A DNA stretch of 64,000 nt from an uncultured Planctomycetota bacterium (lineage in GTDB: Bacteria; Planctomycetota; Planctomycetia; Isosphaerales; Isosphaeraceae), in the NCBI GenBank assembly GCA_963737655.1, contig CAVTTN010000002.1, positions 1,344,001-1,408,000 on the forward strand, in the 5' to 3' direction. Positions within the stretch are counted from its first letter, which is position 1, and each line of letters starts with the position of its first letter. Made by a program: the position numbers and the translations under genes. Positions 50,726 to 62,223 of the stretch are shown here, one piece after another. Below the pieces are notes generated by a model. That model searched no databases. It was not told the origin of the DNA and worked only from the letters and a program-made list of their open reading frames with translations.

Positions 50726-51083
50726 CGTCTTCTTCGAGACGATCGGAGCAACCGATCGCTCAATCCTAAAATATTCACGAGCTTGAATATATGAAAATCA
50801 CAACCCAGCGGGGCGGATTCGGCTCGGACGGGCCGAACCCCCGAGAGGTCGGGTGGCGCGCGCCGCCTCCGGACGTCAGGCTCGGCCCTGCCGGGACGGG
50901 GGCGGCGTACCAGGGTTGGCTACCCGCCGAGAGGGCGGCCCGAGAGAGTTCGGGGAAAACGACGCGGACCCGGAGGGACGATCGCCCCTGGTGGACCCTC
51001 GGTCGGCATGCAATCGAGGGCCGCGACCGAGCGGACGCTGCCGCGCGGCGAGGAGGGGGCGATCGGGATGGGCTCGCGTCGGG

Positions 51084-51407
51084 TCAGGCGATGGGAGGGG
51101 CGCGAGGGGAGGATGGGCGTTCGACGGCCGCGGGGAAGGTCAGCGGCAGATCGTCGATCGGTTGAATCCGCACCACGTCGAGGGAAAGGACGTGTGCGGC
51201 TTCTCCCGCGAGTTGGCCCTGAGCGAAGAAATGGCAGATCGGGCAGTCGTGCGACGACGGGTGATTCGACCCATCGCCGCCATCAGGAAGACTGGTCTTG
51301 GAGTGCTCCACGCCAGGGAGGGCGTGAAGGGCGGGACCGCAGACGGTCATCACCCCATAGAGTGCGAGCAGGGAGACCAACAGGAATAGTCGGGCCTGTC
51401 GTTGCAT
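51084..51407 (-). CDS. DUF2946-like small protein (signal/TM, CxxC, C-terminal RAPP)
   Basis: Hydrophobic N-terminus, LH, HDCPICHFFAQ, ends SPRAPPIA. Confidence 0.8.
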   Translation of the reverse strand: MQRQARLFLLVSLLALYGVMTVCGPALHALPGVEHSKTSLPDGGDGSNHPSSHDCPICHFFAQGQLAGEAAHVLSLDVVRIQPIDDLPLTFPAAVERPSSPRAPPIA

Positions 51408-52029
51408 CGCGGGACGAATCGCCGGTTACCGGACAATTCCGCGAGCCCTGAGCAGGTCGCGGTGGTGACTCACACCGATCTGAAAGGATCGGACCAGATT
51501 CGCAGGCGACTGTCAAGGGGGCCGCGAAAAGGTCGCGACCTCCTCCGCCTCCGCCGGATGGAGGCCCGGACTGCGATCATTCCAGGCCGTCAGGCCGCCA
51601 CAACCTCGCGTCGCCTCGGACTGGACGCGGATGCGCGCCTCGGCCGCGGCGAGACGAACCAGGCGGCCCAAGTGGCCTCGCCCTCGGGCCCCGAAGTGGA
51701 CGACTCGGGCTTCTCCTCCCGGCCCGGCGATCGGCGGCTCCCGGTGCCGGTTGACCGGCTTGGCCCACTCCTCGGCGTCGGCCATCCGTGGGGAAGTCCA
51801 CCCGTACAAGTGGCGGAGGCGGCGGACATCGGTGCGGAGGAAGCGGCATCGGCCTGCCCGAGCTCGCACCCCTCTCGGGCACTTCCCGAACACGTATCCG
51901 GACTTGTCGCGACTCCCAATTCGGTGTGATACTCTGAGAACTGATGCCATAGGGTTCGATATCTCGTCGATCTCGTCTCCCAAGTGTGGTGCCGCTGAGC
52001 GACACGGACCCTGACGTCATGAACACGTC

Positions 52030-54303
52030 ATGAACCAGTCTGAAATCCATAAGATCGCGTTCGTCGGGGACTACCTGCCCCGAAAGTGCGGGATCGCCAC
52101 CTTCACCCACGACATGTACGCTTCGGTGGCCGCCGGCGCCCCGGACGCCGAGTGCTTCGTCGTCCCCGTGAACGACCGCCCCGAAGGGTATGACTACCCG
52201 CCGGAGGTCCGGTTCGAGATCCACGAGCAGGACCCGGACAGCTATCTCCGGGCCGCCGACTTCCTGAACTTCGCCAACACCGACATCGTCTGCCTCCAGC
52301 ACGAGTACGGCATCTATGGCGGCCCGGCGGGCGGCCACATCCTCAGCCTGATCCGGAACCTGAGGATGCCGGTCGTCACCACCTTCCACACCGTCCTGAA
52401 CGAGCCGGACGACGACCAGAGGCGGGTCCTGATGCAACTGGCCGACCTGTCCGCGAGGGTCGTCGTCATGACCGGACGCGCCCGGACATTCCTCCGGGAG
52501 ATCTACGGCGTCTCCGAGGCGAAGATCGACCTGATCGCGCACGGCATCCCGGACACCCCGTTCGTGGAGCCCGGCCTCTACAAGGAGCAGTTCGGCGTCG
52601 AGGGACGGTCGGTGGCGCTGACGTTCGGGCTGCTCTCGCCCAACAAGGGGGTCGAGCACATGCTCCGGGCCGTGCCGGCGATCCTCGAGGAGTTCCCCGA
52701 CTTCGTCTACATCGTCCTGGGGGCGACCCATCCGGACCTGGTCCGCGAACAGGGGGAACGGTACCGGCTGGGCCTGGAGCGATTGGCTCGCGACCTGGGG
52801 ATCGAGCGGAACGTCATCTTCTACAATCGTTTCGTCGAGCTGAACCAGTTGACCGAGTTCATCCGGGCCGCGGACGTGTACGTGACCCCTTATCTGAACC
52901 CGGCCCAGATCACCTCGGGCACCCTGGCCTACTCCTTCGGCTGCGGCAAGGCGATCGTCTCGACGCCGTACTGGCACGCGGAAGAATTGCTCGCCGGGGG
53001 CCTCGGCGTGCTCGTGCCGTTCGCCGATTCGCGGTCGCTGGCCCGGGAAATCCGCGGGCTCTTGCGGGACGGGCCGCGACGGCTCTCGATGCGAGAGAGG
53101 GCCTACGCCCTCGGCCGCAGCATGGTCTGGCAGCAATCCGCCTTCCATTACCTGGAGTCGTTCCAGCAGGCGCGGCTGGTCCGTCAGGATCAGCCGTTCA
53201 AGCCTCTGGCCGTCCGCACCCTCGCCGAGCAGCAGGCCGAGTTGCCCTCCTGGAGACTCGACCACTTCGTGAGGATGACGGACTCGACCGGCATCTTCCA
53301 GCACGCCACCTACACGATCCCCCACTTCGCGGAGGGGTATTGCATCGACGACAACGCCCGGGCGTTCCTCCTGACTGTTCTCCTGGATGAGCTGGGACAG
53401 GACGGTCCCGAGGTCCGCCGCGTGGCCACGACGTCCGCCGCGTTCCTCCAGGCGGCCTTCGATCGCGATCGGAACCGGTTCCGGAACTTCATGAGCTACG
53501 ATCGCCGATGGCTGGAGGAGGTCGGGTCGGAAGACTGCCAGGGTCGGGCGCTGTGGGCCCTGGGAACCTGCGTCGGGCGGTCGAGCCGCCCCGACCTTCC
53601 GGCCTGGGCCGCTCCTCACTTCCTGGAGGCCCTGACGCCCGTCCCGGAGATGAGCTCGCCCCGGGCATGGGCCTTCGCCCTTCTCGGCGTCCATGAGTAC
53701 CTCCGTCGGTTCCGGGGGGATCGGGCCTGCGGCCATGCCCGGGACGTGTTGACGGCGCTCCTGGTCGGCCTCTACGAGCGGACGGCGACGCCCGAGTGGC
53801 CGTGGTTCGAGGAGGTCCTGTCCTACGACAATGCCCGGCTCCCCCACGCCCTGATCGCCGGAGGCCGCGACGGCGGCGACCCGAGAAGCCTGGAGATCGG
53901 CCTCCTGAGCCTGGGCTGGCTGGTCGAAGTCCAGAGAGCCCCCCAGGGCCACTTCCGGCCCATCGGCTGCCACGGGTTCTACCGCAAGGGAGGAGAGCCG
54001 GCGCGGTTCGACCAGCAGCCCGTGGAAGCCAACGCGACGGTGGCCGCCTGCCTGGAGGCGTACCGGGCGACCCACGATCCCCGCTGGATGGACGAGGCCC
54101 GCTCGTCCTTCGAATGGTTCCTCGGCCGCAACGACCTGGGGCAGGAGCTCTACGACCCGGCCACCGGGGGCTGCTGCGACGGCCTTCAGGAGGACCGGGT
54201 CAACCGGAATCAGGGGGCCGAGTCCACCCTCGCGTTCCTCCTTTCGCTCGCCGAGATGAACCTGCTGGAAAGCTCTCTGGCGGCATTCCGCCAGCCGCGG
54301 TAA
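52030..54303 (+). CDS. GT4 glycosyltransferase fused to a glycosidase-like helical domain
   Basis: YLPRKCGIATFT, QHEYGIYGG, FGLLSPNKG, QITSGTL, STPYWHA; GYCIDDNARA, FDQQPVEA, NQGAESTL. Confidence 0.92.
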   Translation: MNQSEIHKIAFVGDYLPRKCGIATFTHDMYASVAAGAPDAECFVVPVNDRPEGYDYPPEVRFEIHEQDPDSYLRAADFLNFANTDIVCLQHEYGIYGGPAGGHILSLIRNLRMPVVTTFHTVLNEPDDDQRRVLMQLADLSARVVVMTGRARTFLREIYGVSEAKIDLIAHGIPDTPFVEPGLYKEQFGVEGRSVALTFGLLSPNKGVEHMLRAVPAILEEFPDFVYIVLGATHPDLVREQGERYRLGLERLARDLGIERNVIFYNRFVELNQLTEFIRAADVYVTPYLNPAQITSGTLAYSFGCGKAIVSTPYWHAEELLAGGLGVLVPFADSRSLAREIRGLLRDGPRRLSMRERAYALGRSMVWQQSAFHYLESFQQARLVRQDQPFKPLAVRTLAEQQAELPSWRLDHFVRMTDSTGIFQHATYTIPHFAEGYCIDDNARAFLLTVLLDELGQDGPEVRRVATTSAAFLQAAFDRDRNRFRNFMSYDRRWLEEVGSEDCQGRALWALGTCVGRSSRPDLPAWAAPHFLEALTPVPEMSSPRAWAFALLGVHEYLRRFRGDRACGHARDVLTALLVGLYERTATPEWPWFEEVLSYDNARLPHALIAGGRDGGDPRSLEIGLLSLGWLVEVQRAPQGHFRPIGCHGFYRKGGEPARFDQQPVEANATVAACLEAYRATHDPRWMDEARSSFEWFLGRNDLGQELYDPATGGCCDGLQEDRVNRNQGAESTLAFLLSLAEMNLLESSLAAFRQPR

Positions 54304-54361
54304 GGTCAGCCCTCTCCCGGATGGACCCAACTCCCTCGCACCGAGGCCACCAGTCCCCCTC

Positions 54362-55813
54362 ATGGACGTCAAGCGCACCGGGATCATCCTCAAGCCCTCG
54401 AACTCCCGCGTCGTGATCAGGCCGTTCGAGGTCGCCAGCGAGGAACGCGTCGAGAAGATCATCGCGAGGGTCTCGTCTCTCTCCGAGTCGGAAGTCGAAG
54501 ACCTTCTGGAAGGGGTCATGCGCGAGTTCCGCGAGCGACACCAGCGGACTCGCGAATTCTTCCTCCACCGCTTCGACCAGGTTCGGACCCACCTGCTGAC
54601 CGATCAACCGGTCAGCGAGAGCCGGCGCCTCCTGATCGGATCCTACTTCACCCAGGAATACTCGCTCGAGTCGGCCGCCCTGTTCAATCCTTCGATGGTC
54701 TGGCACCCCGACCAATCGGGCTTGCCCGGCGGATCGAGCCGATTCGTCGTCAGCCTGAGGGCCACCGGCGAGGGTCACATCTCGTCGATCACGTTCCGCT
54801 CGGGCGTGATCGACGCCGAGAACCGCATCCTCATGGATGAGCCCACGCGGTTCGTCGCGGCCCCGGAGCTGGTGCCCAACGCGCTCTACGAGAAGGCCCT
54901 CTTCCACCGCAAATTGACCGAACTGGGGGCCGACGGCGCACTCGTGGAACAGGCGATGACCGCGCTGGACGACCACTTCACCCTCGGCGAACTGGAATAC
55001 ACCCTCGGGATCGTCCTCCGGCACAACCGCGATCGTCAGCGTGAATTCGAGCCGATCGCCCACACCATGGTGACCCTGGCCAAGGCCAATTACGAGATCC
55101 GCTTCGGGCCCGAATTGAACGTCTCGGAGCGGATCATCTTCCCGTCGTCGCCCACCGAGACCAATGGGATCGAGGACGCCCGGTTCGTGCATTTCACCCA
55201 CGACGACGGCCGTAGCTGCTACTACGCCACCTACACCGCCTACGACGGTCACGTCACCCTGCCGCAGATGCTCGAGACCGAGGACTTCCTGCACTTCAAG
55301 GTGAGCACCCTGAACGGGCCGGAGGTCCGGAACAAGGGCTTCGCCCTCTTCCCCCGGATGGTCCACGGGCAATACGCGATGCTCTCCCGGCAGGACAACG
55401 AGAACATCTACCTGATGTACTCCGACACTCCTCATTTCTGGTACAGCAAGGTGCGGATCGCCAGGCCGACGTATCCCTGGGAGTTCGTCCAGCTCGGCAA
55501 CTGCGGATCGCCGATCGAGACCGAGGCCGGCTGGCTGGTCCTGACGCATGGCGTCGGGCCGATGCGTAAGTACGCCCTGGGCGCGTTCCTGCTCGACCGC
55601 AATGACCCGTCGCGAGTGATCGGGCGATTGGAGAGGCCCCTCCTGGAGCCGAACGCCAACGAGCGCGAGGGCTACGTTCCCAACGTCGTCTATAGCTGCG
55701 GCGCCCTCACGCATGGCCGCGACCTGATCATCCCCTACGCGATGGCGGACTACGCCAGCACGTTCGCCACCGTCCCTCTCGACGACGTCCTCAACGCCAT
55801 GATCCGTCCGTGA
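54362..55813 (+). CDS. GH130-like glycosidase/phosphorylase with N-terminal extension
   Basis: ESAALFNPS, GEGHISS, NGIEDARF, YATYTAYDG, NKGFALFP, GYVPNVVYSCG. Confidence 0.9.
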   Translation: MDVKRTGIILKPSNSRVVIRPFEVASEERVEKIIARVSSLSESEVEDLLEGVMREFRERHQRTREFFLHRFDQVRTHLLTDQPVSESRRLLIGSYFTQEYSLESAALFNPSMVWHPDQSGLPGGSSRFVVSLRATGEGHISSITFRSGVIDAENRILMDEPTRFVAAPELVPNALYEKALFHRKLTELGADGALVEQAMTALDDHFTLGELEYTLGIVLRHNRDRQREFEPIAHTMVTLAKANYEIRFGPELNVSERIIFPSSPTETNGIEDARFVHFTHDDGRSCYYATYTAYDGHVTLPQMLETEDFLHFKVSTLNGPEVRNKGFALFPRMVHGQYAMLSRQDNENIYLMYSDTPHFWYSKVRIARPTYPWEFVQLGNCGSPIETEAGWLVLTHGVGPMRKYALGAFLLDRNDPSRVIGRLERPLLEPNANEREGYVPNVVYSCGALTHGRDLIIPYAMADYASTFATVPLDDVLNAMIRP

Positions 55814-55818
55814 GGCGA

Positions 55819-56886
55819 TCAATCGGGCGCGGTCATCGCGTCGAGTAAGTCCCTCTCCGAGAACTCGGCGACCGCCGTGAACGCGTCGGCGGCGCCGTAG
55901 TAGATGAGCAGGACCCCCTGGTCCCGGACCACGCCGGTGGGGAAGACGACGTTCGGCACGAATCCGGCCATCTCGAAGTCGGATTCGGGCCTGAGGAACG
56001 CCCCGGGGGAGTGCCGCCGGACCCTGGCCGGGTCGTTCGGATCGAGGAGGACCGCCCCGGCGTAATACTCCCCCACGTCGCCAGGGCGGGCCGGATGTCG
56101 GTTCCCATGATAGATCTCCAGCCATCCCTCCGGGACTCGCATGGGCGGACAGCCCGCGCCCACTCGGCCGGATCGCCACTCGCCGGCCGGGAGGGCGAGC
56201 GGGGCATGCCCCCCCCAGTGGATCAGGTCCGGCGACCTCGCGGCCCAGATCTCAGGCCGCGTGAAGGGCGTCCCGCAGACCGGCCGATGGAGCGCCGCGA
56301 ATGCCCCGCCGACCTTCCCCGGGAACAGGACGACGTCCTTGTTCTCCGGGCAGAAGATGACCCCATGTCGGTCGAAGGTGCGGAAGTCGGTCGTGGACGC
56401 CAGGGCCGTCGCCGGGCCGTGCCGCGACACCGCGACATAGGTGAAATAATACCGTCCCTCGATCTCGGTGATCCGAGGGTCCTCAACGCCGTACTCCTCG
56501 GTCACGTCCCGCGGGCGAAACGTGACCTCGGTGACCTCCCTGACGGCCCGACCGTCCCCGCACCGGATGACCCGGAGGTGCGAGGTGAACGTGAGCCGGA
56601 TGAGGCCGTCCGACCGGCGCCGGACCACCCGCGGATCGACGGCCTCCAGCTCGGAGTCGGGCACCCAGTCGATCGTCGAGCCGAGTTCCGGGTCCCACCG
56701 CGGCAGCCCGGTGAACCCGGTCCGCCTCTCCCTGGGCCGCTCGGCCACCCGGACCAGGAGCACGACTTCGGCTCCCGCCCGGGTCGCCCCGGGGTTGAAC
56801 ACGCCGACGACCTCGAGATCGTCGCGAGACGGGGGCACGTCTTCGGGCCGGAGCAGGAGAAGGGTCGAGAGCCTGGGGACGGTCAT
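55819..56886 (-). CDS. GH130-family glycoside phosphorylase/hydrolase
   Basis: GVFNPGA, YGVEDPRIT, NKDVVLFP, LHRP, GWLEIYHG, GFVPNVVFPTG. Confidence 0.9.
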   Translation of the reverse strand: MTVPRLSTLLLLRPEDVPPSRDDLEVVGVFNPGATRAGAEVVLLVRVAERPRERRTGFTGLPRWDPELGSTIDWVPDSELEAVDPRVVRRRSDGLIRLTFTSHLRVIRCGDGRAVREVTEVTFRPRDVTEEYGVEDPRITEIEGRYYFTYVAVSRHGPATALASTTDFRTFDRHGVIFCPENKDVVLFPGKVGGAFAALHRPVCGTPFTRPEIWAARSPDLIHWGGHAPLALPAGEWRSGRVGAGCPPMRVPEGWLEIYHGNRHPARPGDVGEYYAGAVLLDPNDPARVRRHSPGAFLRPESDFEMAGFVPNVVFPTGVVRDQGVLLIYYGAADAFTAVAEFSERDLLDAMTAPD

Positions 56887-57273
56887 GGCCTGGCTCCTGG
56901 GATGGTCGGTCGCTGACTCGGCCCGCGATGGGGACGCCGAAGATGTTCGGCCGACGGTCCCGGTCGGCATCCGTCCCGGGGCGCGGTCCGGGCTCGGGGC
57001 GTCATGGACCTCCATCATAGGCCCGGTCCTCCGGCCGAGGCGTCGCGATCTCCAAACGGGGAGGCAGCCGTCTGGAGCTCGCGACGGTCGCCGCGGAGGC
57101 GGGGTCGGCTCACTCGCGAAAGCCGTTCAGGCGGGCCCATCAGGAGGGCCGACCGATCCGTTACCTCGGGCCCAGATGCCCTTTCATGTACGGCAGATTC
57201 GTCAATTGATGGCGCCCGGGGGCGGCCTGGGTAGGATCGAACCGCCGACCAGGAAACCCGAAGGCGAGACCGG

Positions 57274-57654
57274 ATGAAGACCCAGGGCGAGATCGAACGC
57301 GCGATCGCGGAGGGCATGACCCGCTTCGAACAGGAATACATGGGCCGGGGCCCCAAGGACGTCCACGCCCATCTGATCGAGGACCTGATCGTCGTCCGGC
57401 TCAAGGGGGTGCTGACCGCGGCGGAGCAGCATCTGGTCAGGACGTTCCCGCCCGAGAAGGGCCGGGACTTGCTCAAGGAGGTGAGGACGCACCTCGTCGA
57501 GGTCGCCAGGCCGACCATGGAGGCGATGGTCCACGAGATCACCGGCGTCCGGGTCGTCAGTTTGCATCACGATATCAGCACAATTACCGGGGAAGAAGTC
57601 GTCCTCTTCACCCTGTCGGGGCCGCCATTGTTCCGAGAAACGAAGAAGAAATAG
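57274..57654 (+). CDS. DUF2294 / MpsC-family protein
   Basis: MKTQGEIE...FEQEYMGRGP...LKGVLTAAE...SLHHDISTITGEEVVLFTL. Confidence 0.92.
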   Translation: MKTQGEIERAIAEGMTRFEQEYMGRGPKDVHAHLIEDLIVVRLKGVLTAAEQHLVRTFPPEKGRDLLKEVRTHLVEVARPTMEAMVHEITGVRVVSLHHDISTITGEEVVLFTLSGPPLFRETKKK

Positions 57655-57819
57655 GTCCGAACCCGCGAGCGAATCCGAATCTCGGCTCTTGCTATTGCTC
57701 GGACGCGCTCCTAACGTCTCAATCGTGCGGGGCCATTGGCCCCGGCATGAAACGATCCACCCAGTCGGACGACGGAGCAAAAGGCACCCCGATCCCTCGG
57801 GTGGCCGGTTGCGAAGTAT

Positions 57820-57873
57820 AAGCCGACGTGGCCGAGGCACCCATCGGTTGCCTCGGCCACGTCGGCTTTTTTT
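57820..57873 (+). terminator. Intrinsic terminator in the leader of the second DUF2294 gene
   Basis: AAGCCGACGTGGCCGAGGCA-(9 nt)-TGCCTCGGCCACGTCGGCTT followed by a T-run. Confidence 0.9.
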
Positions 57874-58052
57874 GTTCCCCCCCCATCAATCCCAATGTGA
57901 CGACATCTCATTCATGGAATGGGTTGTTCGGTTCGCGGTGCGCCCTCGTCGCGAGGGAGGTCGTGGACGATCGCGGGGCCCTGTCCCGACGAGCGATCCG
58001 GCGGGCGTCACGGTCGATCTTCCGGGATTGAAGACGCGGCCAGTCGGCATCC

Positions 58053-58538
58053 ATGACCCACGCTGATCCGACGCAAGACACGAACCGAACGATGGCCGAG
58101 CAGATCGCCCTGGTGGCCGCCGCGTTCCAGCAACGGCGGACCGGCCACGACCCGAAATCGGTGAGCGTGGTGCTGAGCGGAGACACCCTGGTGGTCACGC
58201 TCCACGGCGCGTTGTCGCCGGCCGAGCAGGCGATGTCGCGGAGCCCGGAAGGGGCCGCCAAGGTGCAGGAGTTCCACCGCCAGTTGTTCCGGAGCGCCTC
58301 CGAGGCGCTCCGGGAGGACATCAAGCGGATCACCGGGATGGACGTCCGCGAGGCCACCACGGAAGTCGAGCCGGAATCCGGCGCCGTCGTCCAGGTGTTC
58401 ACGAGCGGCACGATGGTGCAGGTGTTCCTGCTCTCCGGCAAGGTGCCGTCCGGGAGTTTCGAATGCGAGAACCATCCCGAGGATGGAGACGCTCGGCGAC
58501 CCGGTCCGCAGTCCGGGGAGCCCGTCGCTCATCGATGA
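58053..58538 (+). CDS. Second DUF2294 / MpsC-family protein
   Basis: FQQRRTGHDPKSVSV...TLHGALSPAE...IKRITG...VFLL. Confidence 0.85.
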   Translation: MTHADPTQDTNRTMAEQIALVAAAFQQRRTGHDPKSVSVVLSGDTLVVTLHGALSPAEQAMSRSPEGAAKVQEFHRQLFRSASEALREDIKRITGMDVREATTEVEPESGAVVQVFTSGTMVQVFLLSGKVPSGSFECENHPEDGDARRPGPQSGEPVAHR

Positions 58539-58662
58539 TTCCCGTTCGGACGGACGCGACCTCGACGACGTTCCATGGCCGGGCGGTCGCCCCGGGGGCA
58601 GGAATGCCGAACCCGCAACATTTCCAACCTTTCACTTGTTGAATCCTAGAAGGAGGTGTCCC

Positions 58663-59573
58663 TTGAAACACGAGGACAGGTTCAAGGTGCCTCCCGGCAC
58701 CACGGTCCAGTTGAAAGACCTCGATCCGGGTTTCAAGAACCACCAGGAAGGGCCCAGGGACGCCGCCAAGGAGATCGAGAGCGATCGGGCGAAGTTGAGG
58801 GAGTTGCAAGAATTGTTCTTCGCCAACGGACAGCGGTCGCTCCTGATCTGCTTGCAGGGCCTGGACGCCGGGGGGAAGGACGGGACGATCCGTCACATCC
58901 TGGGATCGATGAACCCCCAGGGCTGCAAGGTGGTGGCGTTCAAGCGGCCCACGCCCGAGGAGCTTGCCCATGATTTCTTGTGGCGCATCCATCGCGCCGT
59001 GCCCGCCCGGGGGGAGGTGACCATCTTCAACCGTTCGCATTACGAGGACGTCCTGATCGCGAGAGTTCATGACCTGGTCCCCCGGGAGATCTGGTCGCTC
59101 CGCTACGATCGGATCAACGCCTTTGAAAATGGCCTGGTCGAGGATGGCACTCACATCCTCAAGTTCTTCTTGCACGTCTCCAGGGGCGAGCAATTGAAGC
59201 GGTTCAAGGCCCGGCTCGAAGACCCCGCCAGGCAGTGGAAGATCAGCGAGGCCGACTACAAGGAGCGCGACTTCTGGGACGAGTACACGGCGGCCTATGA
59301 GGACGCGCTCTCCCGGTGCAGCACCGAGAGGCCCCCTGGTTCGTCATCCCGGCCGACCACAAGTGGTTCCGCAACCTCGCCGTGGCCCGGATCGTCGTGT
59401 CCTACCTGGAGGGCCTGAAGATGACCTTCCCTCCGCCCTCGGTCGATCTCGAGGAGATTCGGAAGGAGTATCACTCGGCGAAGAAACGCAAGCATTCCCC
59501 CGAGGACGACGCCCCGAAGCGACCCGCCGAGGATGAACTCGCCGCATCTCGCTCGGGGAAATCCCACCACTGA
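58663..59573 (+). CDS. ppk2: Polyphosphate kinase 2 (class III-like); -1 frameshift at about 59329
   Basis: AGGAGG RBS and TTG start; QGLDAGGKDG, HDFLWR, FNRSHYEDV, KFFLHVS; APWFVIPADHKWFRN in a shifted frame. Confidence 0.9.
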
Positions 59574-59771
59574 GCGACTGCCGGCCGAGAGCCGGTCGGC
59601 TCGCACGTCGGCGGAAAGCCCGACCGGGTCCGGAGGAGGGCCCTGATCCTCGACAACGAAGACGACACCGAATCCTCCCGACTCCAGGCGACCCCCTCCC
59701 TCGTCCCGCTCGATCGCACGCCCTGGAAGTGGTCGCCCGAAGGCGAGGGGTTTTCGATCCCAGGGTGAGAC

Positions 59772-61652
<1,881 letters not shown>

Positions 61653-61660
<8 letters not shown>

Positions 61661-61803
61661 GAACATCCAGACGAACGGCGCGAGCGAAGAGTCGAACTTC
61701 AGCCGTCAGGTCGGCGCCCAGGCCAGGCGCATGTTGAAGGCCCGGAGAGGGGCTCGAGGAGCGTCTGGTTCGGGCTGGGCATGTCGGGGTTGATCGGCTG
61801 GTC
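61653..61803 (+). pseudogene. atpQ: 5' remnant of AtpQ (AtpI/AtpZ-like), frameshifted and truncated
   Basis: FSRQVGAQARRMLKARR, then a shifted VWFGLGMSGLIGWS, then an abrupt end. Confidence 0.8.
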
Positions 61804-62223
61804 GACGCCAAGGAGCAGTTGGCGACCGCCTTCAAGACGTCGAATCATACCGTGAGCGTGCATAGCGCGTTCGATCTGCCGTCGGCACAGCGGGTCGCGA
61901 TCGAAGATGCGGTGAAGGAAACGTTCGCCCCGGACGCCAACGTCCAGTTCGAGACCGCGCCGGAAATCATCAGCGGCATCGAACTCTCCACCAACGGACA
62001 TAAGATCGCCTGGAGCATCGCGGATTACCTCGCGAACCTCCAGAGGAGCGCCGGCGACCTCGTGAACACCGAAACCCGGGCCGCGCCCAAACCGAACGCG
62101 AAGGACAAGCCCGAGCCGAAGGCGGCGGCGCCCCAGGCGAACGGAGGGGCCAGGCCCGGACCGAAGCGGGAATCGAAGCCCGCACCCGAACCGGTGGCTC
62201 CCGGCAAGGAGGCGGACCATTGA
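61804..62223 (+). pseudogene. atpF: 3' remnant of N-ATPase subunit b (b/delta-like fusion)
   Basis: DAKEQLATAF...VHSAFDLP...[29 protein letters not shown]-terminal membrane anchor absent. Confidence 0.8.

Noticed and set aside
51513..51983. 156-aa minus-strand ORF with faint transposase-like wording
   Set aside because: No DDE or HUH motif and no terminal repeats; similarity too weak to support
59300..59340. Programmed frameshifting in ppk2 (also considered for atpD and the kinase)
   Set aside because: No slippery sequence or stimulatory structure seen; these families are not known to recode
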